IMG/VR virus record: IMGVR_UViG_3300020578_000049
Reading direction: 5' to 3' (one strand)
DNA from: an uncultured virus (IMG/VR IMGVR_UViG_3300020578_000049)
Taxonomy: Duplodnaviria; Heunggongvirae; Uroviricota; Caudoviricetes
DNA: 64,000 nt
Below the pieces are notes generated by a model. That model ran no database searches. It worked only from the letters and a program-made list of their open reading frames with translations, and was not told the origin of the DNA. The position numbers were made by a program, and so were the translations under genes. Shown piece by piece: positions 48,807 to 57,657 of this stretch. Position 1 is the first letter of the stretch; the number at the start of each line of letters is the position of its first letter.

Positions 48807-49592
48807 ATGGAAAGAAATTTTGAACTATTAAAACAAGTACTATCGGTACCAACCAAAACTTATCAAGAAGATTTGATGATTGATTTTATAACAGAATGGT
48901 TGGATGAAAATAAAATCCCCTATTATGTTGATAACTTCTACAACATATATGCAACAAAACAAACTGATGAAAATATTAAATACTTTCCTTGTGTGGTTGC
49001 ACATACAGATACGGTACATACAATCGATTCTATCAATGTTGTTGAAGTACAACTACCAAACGCTCAAAAAGAAATTAAATTAGCCCTTAAAGCTTATAAC
49101 GATAAAGGAGAACCAATCGGTATTGGTGGTGATGATAAGTGTGGTGTTTATGCTTGTCTTGAATTACTAAAAGAATTACCAAATCTAAAAGCAGCCTTTT
49201 TTGTTGCCGAAGAAACCGGTTGTAAGGGATCATTTAATGCTGACCCCAAGTTTTTTAAAAATATTGGGTACGTAATTCAATTTGATGCACCAGAAAACAA
49301 TATGATTTCAGAATTCTTAATGAATAAACCAATGTTTAAAAGAGATTCAGATTTCTTTAATGTTGGGGGTCGTTTAATCACAGAACACTTTCCAGGCGAT
49401 ACCAAATACCACAGACACCCTTATACGGACATCTTTCCGTTAAATCAAAATTTTGGACTATCTTGTTTTAATATATCAATTGGTTATTACAACTATCACA
49501 CAAGAAATGAATATGTTGTTGTGGAAGATACCTACAACGGTATTAAGGTTGGTAAACTAATGATTGAAGAATTAGGTTACACTAAACATTAA
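48807..49592 (+). CDS. M20/M28-clan zinc peptidase
   Basis: VAHTDTVH; GGDDKCG; AEETGCKGS; YHT. Confidence 0.85.
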   Translation: MERNFELLKQVLSVPTKTYQEDLMIDFITEWLDENKIPYYVDNFYNIYATKQTDENIKYFPCVVAHTDTVHTIDSINVVEVQLPNAQKEIKLALKAYNDKGEPIGIGGDDKCGVYACLELLKELPNLKAAFFVAEETGCKGSFNADPKFFKNIGYVIQFDAPENNMISEFLMNKPMFKRDSDFFNVGGRLITEHFPGDTKYHRHPYTDIFPLNQNFGLSCFNISIGYYNYHTRNEYVVVEDTYNGIKVGKLMIEELGYTKH

Positions 49593-49608
49593 CAAAAAAG
49601 GAGGGTTT

Positions 49609-51669
49609 TTAATCCTCCTTTTTCTTTCTACCTCTTTTCTTTGGTTCTGGTTTTGTCCTGTCTTCAATTTCTATTGTTTGGTCTTCACCTTCTCCTTTAA
49701 CAAATAACATATATTCTTTTTCTTCCAGAACTTCATTTAATAATATTTTTTCTGAAATAAGGTCTTCTATTTTATCTTGAATGGCGCGTTTGATTGGTCT
49801 AGCACCATATTGTTCGTCAAAACCAACTTTTGCAATTAATTCAATTACAGATTGTTCATATGAAACTCTATATTTCATAGATGATAATCTATCAATAAGT
49901 TTGTCAATTTCTAATTTTACAATCTTATCAATATGTTCTTTTTTAAGTGAATTGAATATTACAACATCATCGATTCTATTTAAAAATTCTGGAGCAAAAA
50001 ACTTACTTAATTCTTTTTTCAAAACATCCCTTTTATATTCTTCCTGGACCGCATCACTATTATTGTTTGTTTTGAATCCAACGCCACTTCCAAAGTCTTG
50101 GACTTTTTTAACACCAATGTTTGATGTCATAATAATTAAACAGTTTTTGAAGTTGATTTTTCTACCCAAACCATCTGTCATATGACCGTCATCCAACATT
50201 TGAAGAAGTGTTGCAAAAATGTCTTTGTTTGCCTTTTCGATTTCATCAAATAAAATAACAGAGTATGGTTTGTTTTTAACTTGTTCTGTTAATTGTCCAC
50301 CTTCTTCGTGACCAACATATCCCGGAGGGGAACCAATAAGTCTTGATATGGTGTGTTTTTCTTGATATTCGGACATATCAACACGAATCAAACTATCTTC
50401 ACTACCAAAAATTTCTTTTGCTAATTTTTTTGCAAGGAATGTTTTACCAACACCGGTTGACCCAAGGAATATGAATGAACCAATTGGTCTATTTGGGTCC
50501 TTAATCCCAACCCTATTTCTTCTAATGGCTTTTGATATTTTTTTAACAGCTTCATCTTGACCAATTACAGAACCATTAAGTGAATCTTCCAAATTAACAA
50601 GTGAATTTTTTTCATCAATATTAATTTTACTTACTGGGATTTTTGTCATATTTGATACGACTTCATAAATCAAGTCTTCTGGGATACCACGTTTGCTAGT
50701 TCTTAATTTTTCTTCAAATTTCTTTTTTTCTTCGTCGAGTTTTGTTAAGATACTTTTTTCACGGTCACGAAGTTCTGCCGCCATTTCGTATTTTTGTTTT
50801 TTAATAACGTCAGCTTTTTCTTGTTTTACGTCCGCAGCTTCTTGCTTCAACTTTTCAATATGATCTGGAAGTTTTATATCAATTTGCATACGGGAACCAA
50901 CCTCATCTAAAATATCAAAAGCTTTATCTGGAAATTCCCTATCTGTAATATATCTATCTGCCAATTCTACACACAACCAAAGAGCTTCATCTGTATAATT
51001 AACTTTATGGTGTTCTTCATATTTTTCCTTACTTTGTTTTAAAATTTCAAAAGTTTCTTCTTTTGTTGAAGGATCAACGATTATTTTTTGAAATCTTCGT
51101 TCTAAAGCACCATCTTTTTCAAAATTTTTTCTATATTCATCAAGTGTTGTTGCACCAATACATTGTATTTCACCTCTTGATAATGCTGGTTTAAAAATGT
51201 TTGAGGCGTCCAATGAACCAGAACTATTACCAGCACCAACAATTGTATGAATTTCATCAATAAAAATTATAATATTTGGGCTTGATTGTAATTCTTCAAT
51301 TATAACCTTCATTCTTTCTTCAAATTGCCCACGATATTTTGTTCCGGCAACAATTGAATTAATGTCCAGTGAAACAATTCTTTTATCGGCTAAATTTTTT
51401 GGACATTCACCAGCGTGAATCATCATAGCTAAACCTTCTACAATTGCTGTTTTTCCAGCACCAGGTTCACCAATGATTATTGGATTATTTTTTTTTCTTC
51501 TGGATAATACTTGTGCTATTCTAAGTATTTCTTTTTGTCTTCCAATAACCGGATCTAATTTTCCTTGTTCTGCTAACTTAATCAAATCCTTACTGAAATT
51601 ATCTAAAACTGGGGTACCACCATCTTTCTTTTTACCCTTATCACCATCATCTACAAATTCTATTGCCAT
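49609..51669 (-). CDS. clpC: ClpC-like AAA+ unfoldase lacking the N-terminal Clp repeat domain
   Basis: GEPGAGKT and GSTGVGKT Walker A; UVR motif YEMAAELRD; VGF ClpP-docking loop. Confidence 0.88.
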   Translation of the reverse strand: MAIEFVDDGDKGKKKDGGTPVLDNFSKDLIKLAEQGKLDPVIGRQKEILRIAQVLSRRKKNNPIIIGEPGAGKTAIVEGLAMMIHAGECPKNLADKRIVSLDINSIVAGTKYRGQFEERMKVIIEELQSSPNIIIFIDEIHTIVGAGNSSGSLDASNIFKPALSRGEIQCIGATTLDEYRKNFEKDGALERRFQKIIVDPSTKEETFEILKQSKEKYEEHHKVNYTDEALWLCVELADRYITDREFPDKAFDILDEVGSRMQIDIKLPDHIEKLKQEAADVKQEKADVIKKQKYEMAAELRDREKSILTKLDEEKKKFEEKLRTSKRGIPEDLIYEVVSNMTKIPVSKINIDEKNSLVNLEDSLNGSVIGQDEAVKKISKAIRRNRVGIKDPNRPIGSFIFLGSTGVGKTFLAKKLAKEIFGSEDSLIRVDMSEYQEKHTISRLIGSPPGYVGHEEGGQLTEQVKNKPYSVILFDEIEKANKDIFATLLQMLDDGHMTDGLGRKINFKNCLIIMTSNIGVKKVQDFGSGVGFKTNNNSDAVQEEYKRDVLKKELSKFFAPEFLNRIDDVVIFNSLKKEHIDKIVKLEIDKLIDRLSSMKYRVSYEQSVIELIAKVGFDEQYGARPIKRAIQDKIEDLISEKILLNEVLEEKEYMLFVKGEGEDQTIEIEDRTKPEPKKRGRKKKED

Positions 51670-51711
51670 ATTAAAAAGTTTTATTTAATTTTAATTATAA
51701 ACTAACTAGTA

Positions 51712-51765
51712 GTCAATATTTGACATTCTGACATATGTTGTTAGAATATACTGACAAAATGTCAG
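51712..51765. promoter_or_regulatory. TGAC-based inverted repeats between divergent clpC and UVR gene
   Basis: CTGACA-AAA-TGTCAG 51751-51765; GTCAA-TAT-TTGAC 51712-51724. Confidence 0.55.
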
Positions 51766-51829
51766 TTTTATCATTTTGGTATGGATTTGGTCAAATCAGA
51801 ATCAAAATAAACTTATAAAAAAATAAATT

Positions 51830-52201
51830 ATGTTTGGAAGAAATTTTGACAAACTTTTTAATGAATTATTTAATTTCGAAAATCCATTTTTTAATGGATT
51901 AAACAACTTTGAAAAAAGAACTTATAAATCTGAAGATGGTTCTATTTCATTTACTTACATTACAAATGTCAAAGGTGACCTAAATAAATCAGATGAGGTT
52001 GACCTTTTAAAACAAAGACTTGAAATTGCAGTTGAAGAACAAAATTTTGAAGAAGCTGTGGAGTTGAGAGATAAGATTAAAAATCTGGAACAAAACAAAG
52101 AAAAAATAAGTAAGCTAAATAAAGAACTGGATGAATGTATTAAAAATCAGAACTTTGAAAAAGCGATAGAACTACGAGACAAAATCAACTCCCTAAAATA
52201 A
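51830..52201 (+). CDS. Double UVR (UvrB/C) motif protein, candidate ClpC adaptor
   Basis: AVEEQNFEEAVELRDKI and CIKNQNFEKAIELRDKI. Confidence 0.8.
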   Translation: MFGRNFDKLFNELFNFENPFFNGLNNFEKRTYKSEDGSISFTYITNVKGDLNKSDEVDLLKQRLEIAVEEQNFEEAVELRDKIKNLEQNKEKISKLNKELDECIKNQNFEKAIELRDKINSLK

Positions 52202-52265
52202 CAAGGTCCACCCCAAAAGGGTGGATTTTTGTTTTAAGTAAAATATATTTAAAATAAAAAAAGTT

Positions 52266-52511
52266 ATGGCAATTACAAAAGAAGAAATCAAAGGAACAAA
52301 AATTATAAATGAAGTTGAATCTTCAAATATAGTTAGAACTGAATATGATACCGAAACAAAAAAAATGATTGCAGAATTTAAAAATGGTATGAAATACGAA
52401 TATGATGATGTTCCACATCAAACTTACACATCATTTAGATCTGCAAAATCACAAGGGTCTTTCTTTAATACAAACATTTCTAAAACTTTTAAATATAAGA
52501 AATTAAGTTAA
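52266..52511 (+). CDS. KTSC domain protein
   Basis: VESSNI...YD...FKNG..YEYDDVP...AKSQGSFFN..I. Confidence 0.85.
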   Translation: MAITKEEIKGTKIINEVESSNIVRTEYDTETKKMIAEFKNGMKYEYDDVPHQTYTSFRSAKSQGSFFNTNISKTFKYKKLS

Positions 52512-52536
52512 TTCATTTTCTTAATATTTATATTTA

Positions 52537-53268
52537 ATGGATACCGAATTATTAAAAAGTTTTGAACCCCAAAAAGCATTAAATCCAAAAGTTTGGGTAG
52601 GCGATAAAAAAGAACCTAAATTAAAACCTGAAATAAGGGAAAGGTTGTTAGAAATTGCTTACGAATTTATTGACTTTTTGGATGTCGAAATTGTTGTTAC
52701 CGATATAATACTTACCGGTTCACTTTCTAATTATAATTGGTCTAAATATTCAGACTTTGACTTACATATTGTTGCGAATTTCCAACAGTATAAAGAAAAT
52801 CAAATTGAATTATACGAAAAACTTTTCACTTTGAAAAAAATGTTATTTAATCAAAAACACGATATAACAATAAAGGGGTATGAAGTTGAATTGTATGTTC
52901 AGAACGAAACAGAATCACACTTTTCAAGTGGTGTTTATTCAATATTATTTGATGAATGGGCAAATGTTCCAAAAAAAGAAGATGTTACAATAGATAAAGA
53001 ACTAATTAAAGAAAAGGCAAAACAATGGATGAATATCATTGACAATCTTTTAGATACGATAGAAGATGATGACGCAACAACAGCAAAAGAAACTGTTCAA
53101 AAATATAAAGATAAATTAAAAAAATATAGAACTTGTGGGTTAGAAAAAGACGGTGAATATTCAACAGAAAACCTTGTCTTTAAAATATTAAGAAGAAACG
53201 GATATATTGAAAAATTACACGATTCTACAACTGAATTGATAGATAAGAAATTATCTATGAACCAATAA
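52537..53268 (+). CDS. Pol-beta-superfamily nucleotidyltransferase
   Basis: LTGSLSNYNWSKYSDFDLH; VELYVQ. Confidence 0.8.
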   Translation: MDTELLKSFEPQKALNPKVWVGDKKEPKLKPEIRERLLEIAYEFIDFLDVEIVVTDIILTGSLSNYNWSKYSDFDLHIVANFQQYKENQIELYEKLFTLKKMLFNQKHDITIKGYEVELYVQNETESHFSSGVYSILFDEWANVPKKEDVTIDKELIKEKAKQWMNIIDNLLDTIEDDDATTAKETVQKYKDKLKKYRTCGLEKDGEYSTENLVFKILRRNGYIEKLHDSTTELIDKKLSMNQ

Positions 53269-53342
53269 TTTATTAAAAAATAAAATAATCTTAATAATCG
53301 ATATATTTATTAAGAAAAATAATTAATTCAAAAAAATATACT

Positions 53343-54878
53343 ATGGGAGGATTAAGACCTATCGGAAGTGAAAAATTGGAAGGAATGGATAAAATCCGTA
53401 GAATTATGGAAATTGCCAGATATAATGAATCAATTCCACAACCAGTAAATGAAGATAAAAAAACAGAATATACTGCAGAACTTGCAGACGGAAAAACTTA
53501 TACAATTGTAAGAGAAAGATTAGGATATATAATCAAGGAAAGCTATGATGATATTAATTCTGATTACATCGAACCAATTCAAAATAGAAAGTATTTTTCT
53601 TCGTATTCACAGGCATTGAAAAAGTTAAACCTTATGGCTAAAGACTTTAATCAAATGTACGGAAATGAAGAAGGTATGTCTTTATTTACCGAGCAAAAAA
53701 AAAAGTTCAAACTAAAACTTCCTGGTAAAAAAAAAGCTGAACCAACTGGAGATGTAGGAGCATTACCTCCACCAGAACCAGTAGCAGCTTCGGCACCAAT
53801 GCCGGCAGCACCACCTATGGATAATATGGGGGGTGCGGGTATGGCGCCACCAGAAACAGGGACTGTAGAAGGTGAAGGGGCTTTACCTCCACCACCAGAT
53901 ATGGGTGCAACTGGAAGTGATGAAGGACTACCTCCACCACCAGATATGGGTACGGAAGGAAGTGATGAAGGACTACCTCCACCACCAGAAGATGATATGG
54001 GTGATGAAGAAGAATTGCCTCCGCCACCAGAAGATGATATGGAAGATGAAGGTAAATCAAAGAAAGAAGGTGGAACTACATTTAAAGTAATACAAAAACT
54101 TACCGGCAAATTAGCACAAAGAATTAGAAAATTTAATAGTGAAGATGATATGGATCCAAATGATGTTAAATACATTATTAATTCAATTTTATCAGCACTT
54201 GATGTTGATTTGTTAGATGATGACGATCTTGAAGAAATTATATCGAGATTAGAAGGTGATTTAGACGAAGAAGGTGATGAAGAAGATGAAGACTTAGAAG
54301 ATGAAGAAATGAGTGACGAAGAAATACCAGAACCAACATCTGATGAAGAAGAAGAGACATTACCACCACCACCTCCTATTGGTGGTGAAACAACAGAATA
54401 TCGTGAAATTGGTGAAATTGCAAGTTTATCTGATGCAATTAAAAACAGTGTATCAAAACAATACGCTGGTAGAATGTTTGATAAAATGAAAGAAATGCCG
54501 GTTACAGGTGAACTTGAAGAATATGGAAGACATGGTGCTAGACAACCAAGACACACATATAACCATTTTTCACACGGAACATTTGGCGAATCAAAAGTTG
54601 ATAAAATTATTTCACAATATTTTACAACACAGAAAAAAGAAATTATTTCTGAAGAAAAGAAAAAAATACAAAAAATAGAAAAATACGAAAAAATCAAAGA
54701 AACAAATTACAGTAATGTTAAAAATCTTTCTGAAAATATTAAACAAGAAAGAATGGCATTAAAATATATGGAAAAAAATCCAGTTTCAGTTCTTATTGGA
54801 AAAACTAATAAGGGAAGTTTGGTATTTAAAGAAGGTGTTGTCAATACAAAAATTACAACAAACGGAATGGAAATATGA
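53343..54878 (+). CDS. Pro-rich acidic protein (candidate head scaffold/core)
   Basis: LPPPP repeats, D/E tracts; upstream of packaging module. Confidence 0.6.
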   Translation: MGGLRPIGSEKLEGMDKIRRIMEIARYNESIPQPVNEDKKTEYTAELADGKTYTIVRERLGYIIKESYDDINSDYIEPIQNRKYFSSYSQALKKLNLMAKDFNQMYGNEEGMSLFTEQKKKFKLKLPGKKKAEPTGDVGALPPPEPVAASAPMPAAPPMDNMGGAGMAPPETGTVEGEGALPPPPDMGATGSDEGLPPPPDMGTEGSDEGLPPPPEDDMGDEEELPPPPEDDMEDEGKSKKEGGTTFKVIQKLTGKLAQRIRKFNSEDDMDPNDVKYIINSILSALDVDLLDDDDLEEIISRLEGDLDEEGDEEDEDLEDEEMSDEEIPEPTSDEEEETLPPPPPIGGETTEYREIGEIASLSDAIKNSVSKQYAGRMFDKMKEMPVTGELEEYGRHGARQPRHTYNHFSHGTFGESKVDKIISQYFTTQKKEIISEEKKKIQKIEKYEKIKETNYSNVKNLSENIKQERMALKYMEKNPVSVLIGKTNKGSLVFKEGVVNTKITTNGMEI

Positions 54879-55282
54879 GTTACTTATTATACATAAATGG
54901 TTTGGGTCCTAATTATAGGGGTGAAAACATTTATGAATTTATTTTTGGTGATTCTTTGGAAGATGTTTGGGGTGAAAATTGGGAAGCAAGACCTGCAAAC
55001 GGTTATCCAAGTCCTCCGGATGTTGAACACGTAAAAAAAGTTGGGTCGTTAACACACAATGAAATTACATTGGAATTGGTACAAAATTCTGATGTTTTTT
55101 CTGTTCAAGATTCAATTGATGGTGTTATTGCCCTTGGTTGGGAAAAAGAAGATGAAATTGATTTTTCGTTGATTAAAAGATTGGTTTTTAAATATGGGGA
55201 CCAAGAACAGGATGTAAAAGATAAATTATACGAGAGAGACCTCGTGTTGCAATTTGAAAAAAAAGTTGTTTATGAAAACTAA
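54875..55282 (+). CDS. Hypothetical protein
   Basis: Coupled ORF; YEFIF; DSIDGVIALGWE. Confidence 0.7.
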   Translation: MSYLLYINGLGPNYRGENIYEFIFGDSLEDVWGENWEARPANGYPSPPDVEHVKKVGSLTHNEITLELVQNSDVFSVQDSIDGVIALGWEKEDEIDFSLIKRLVFKYGDQEQDVKDKLYERDLVLQFEKKVVYEN

Positions 55283-56198
55283 AAAATACATTGAAATTCT
55301 TTTGGAAAATGGTATTCATTTTACCACGGTTTCAAGAATGAAACCAAATCAAATAAGAATTCTTGCTGAAAAATTTGAAACTAAAGAAGCTATCCAAACA
55401 ACACGAAAAACCCTTGAAATCCAAAATGTTGATTCTTCAACGGTTAATCAAATGAAACAAAATAAGGAAGGTTTAAATGTTAAAGATGGTGAAGTAACCC
55501 CAAATCCAGATGGAAGTCTTACTGTTACTCGTGAAATAGGTGAAAAATTTGAATCAAAAGCACAACAAGGATTCTTTTGGGCCAAGTGTAATACAAGTAA
55601 GGGTGTTAAAAAGAAAAAATGGTGTGAAATGGCTAGAGAATTTTCAGATAGTACGTCAAAAAAACAATACAAAGATATGCCAGAAAAAAAACATCCAGAA
55701 AAAACTGTTAAAAGAAAAACAAGAAAAAATACCGATGAAAATTATGAAAAGTATTTGGAAGAACAAATATTCAATATGATTGAAAAACATATTGAACCTA
55801 GTATGACAAAAGGAGAATTGTTAAAAACAATTCAAGAAAAAGTTGATAAGTCAGAAAAGTTTATGTTGAACAACCCAAAGAAAAATACTATGTTTCAAGA
55901 AAAAGAGATGATAGAAAATACAAAAGAAAAAGAACGAACTAAAACAAAACCTGGAACTAAAACACCAACAAGAAGAAAAGGAAATCCATTCAAGGATCCG
56001 AATCCTGGTGTTGAAGAACAACCAAAAGCAAATACAAAAGAAAAAGAAAGAACTAAAGAAAGGGAAAAAACTAAAACACCGACAAGAAGAAAGGGAAATC
56101 CATTTAAGGACCCAAATCCTAGTGTTGAAGAACAACCAAAAGCAGAAGAACAAAAAAATGATTTTATGGTAGCAATAACTTCAATTTTAAGAAACTAA
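55272..56198 (+). CDS. Basic protein with 38-aa tandem duplication
   Basis: 114-bp repeat starting 55917 and 56031. Confidence 0.7.
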   Translation: MKTKKYIEILLENGIHFTTVSRMKPNQIRILAEKFETKEAIQTTRKTLEIQNVDSSTVNQMKQNKEGLNVKDGEVTPNPDGSLTVTREIGEKFESKAQQGFFWAKCNTSKGVKKKKWCEMAREFSDSTSKKQYKDMPEKKHPEKTVKRKTRKNTDENYEKYLEEQIFNMIEKHIEPSMTKGELLKTIQEKVDKSEKFMLNNPKKNTMFQEKEMIENTKEKERTKTKPGTKTPTRRKGNPFKDPNPGVEEQPKANTKEKERTKEREKTKTPTRRKGNPFKDPNPSVEEQPKAEEQKNDFMVAITSILRN

Positions 56199-56201
56199 AA
56201 A

Positions 56202-57578
56202 ATGGGAAATAGAGAATTAGAAAGACTTGTAAGAAAAATAATTAAGGAAGCACCAATTGATTATGGTGATTATCCTGAAAGAATGCACCCTAGAACACAA
56301 CAAAGAATTGAGGACCCAGAAGGTATCTACGCAAAGAATAGAGCTTTTAGGGGTGGTGCTTCTGATGTTGAAAAAATTGCTGGTAAAAGATTTAAAGAAA
56401 TTGTCGACTATGTAAAAAGATATTTTGGTACAGAACAAAATATTACAAACCCACAAGTTAAAATGTCAATACAAATGGCACAGATGCAAGCAGTTAGACA
56501 AGCTATGCAACTTGAACCAAGATATAGAGAACAACTTAGAGATTTGGCGGTTGAAATTGCGGCTAAAGAAGAAGGTTGGTTACCTTATTCTGATAATATG
56601 GAACAAGCAATTGAAAAAGGTTTGGTAATTAAAAAAAGAAAAGATGGTGGTGTTGTTTATGAATTTGATTTTGTTAATATGTTAACATTTTTAGGGGAAC
56701 AAGCAATCGACCCAAGTATTTTTAAAATGAAACCACAAAAAGAACAAAAACTTCCATTACCTCCAAATTTTTCTTTTGATATCGACGAACTAACACCAGA
56801 AGAACAAAAACAATTGGAAATTGAAAAAAGAAATGTTATCAATGCTATTATAATGGGTAAAGGAAAACGTGGTCAATTTGCTTACCAAATGTATAAGGAT
56901 AGATTAGACGCGATTGATCCAGGACTATACGCACTTTATAATAAAATTATGGGTGCTAATGACCTTATGTATTTTACAGATGAAGATTTGATTGAAGCTC
57001 TTGGTGGTAATGCCGCCGGTGCTGCAGGTAAAAAACAAGAAAGTAATGATGACGATGAAGACGAAGATGAAGGTGGTGAAGAAGGAGATGGAAATGATAC
57101 ATATTATGCTAATGGCTTAATATTTCCAATTTTACTTCACGAACTATTCAAATCATTTTCAATGATTCAGTCAAGAGCACAATGGAAAGATATGGACCCA
57201 GAAATCGCAACACAAGTTATTGGTCAAACAGATACAATGCAAAACGAACCAATGAATTTCCGTGTTGGTGGTGAGCTTGTAAGAAAATTAAGAACCTTAC
57301 TTCCAGATGAATTAACATTGGATAATGAAGGTAAAAAATATATTCCTTTCTTTGAACAATTGTTATATAGTATTCCAGCTGAAGAATTTTTAAAAAATGT
57401 AATTGCAAATGTTATTTCAGATAGTCCATCTGATAATGAAAAAGCTAAGAAAAAATTCAACGAATTATTACAACAAGCAAAAGCTAACTATAAAAAATAT
57501 AAAGAAGGTGATGACGATGATGATGACTACGATGACGATGAAGAAGATGATGATATCTTAACAAGACTAGGTTTATAA
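56202..57578 (+). CDS. Hypothetical protein with leader, upstream of terminase
   Basis: LERLVRKIIKE; FPILLHELFK. Confidence 0.75.
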   Translation: MGNRELERLVRKIIKEAPIDYGDYPERMHPRTQQRIEDPEGIYAKNRAFRGGASDVEKIAGKRFKEIVDYVKRYFGTEQNITNPQVKMSIQMAQMQAVRQAMQLEPRYREQLRDLAVEIAAKEEGWLPYSDNMEQAIEKGLVIKKRKDGGVVYEFDFVNMLTFLGEQAIDPSIFKMKPQKEQKLPLPPNFSFDIDELTPEEQKQLEIEKRNVINAIIMGKGKRGQFAYQMYKDRLDAIDPGLYALYNKIMGANDLMYFTDEDLIEALGGNAAGAAGKKQESNDDDEDEDEGGEEGDGNDTYYANGLIFPILLHELFKSFSMIQSRAQWKDMDPEIATQVIGQTDTMQNEPMNFRVGGELVRKLRTLLPDELTLDNEGKKYIPFFEQLLYSIPAEEFLKNVIANVISDSPSDNEKAKKKFNELLQQAKANYKKYKEGDDDDDDYDDDEEDDDILTRLGL

Positions 57579-57657
57579 ATTAAATAATATATTGTCCTAC
57601 AAAACCCCCTTTTATGAAAATAACTGGGGGTTTTGATATTTATATTAAAATATCTTT

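Noticed and set aside
49781..50185. Plus-strand ORF inside clpC
   Set aside because: Antisense shadow
53651..54697. 348-aa minus-strand ORF
   Set aside because: Ser/Gly-rich antisense shadow of the Pro/Asp/Glu-rich gene 53343
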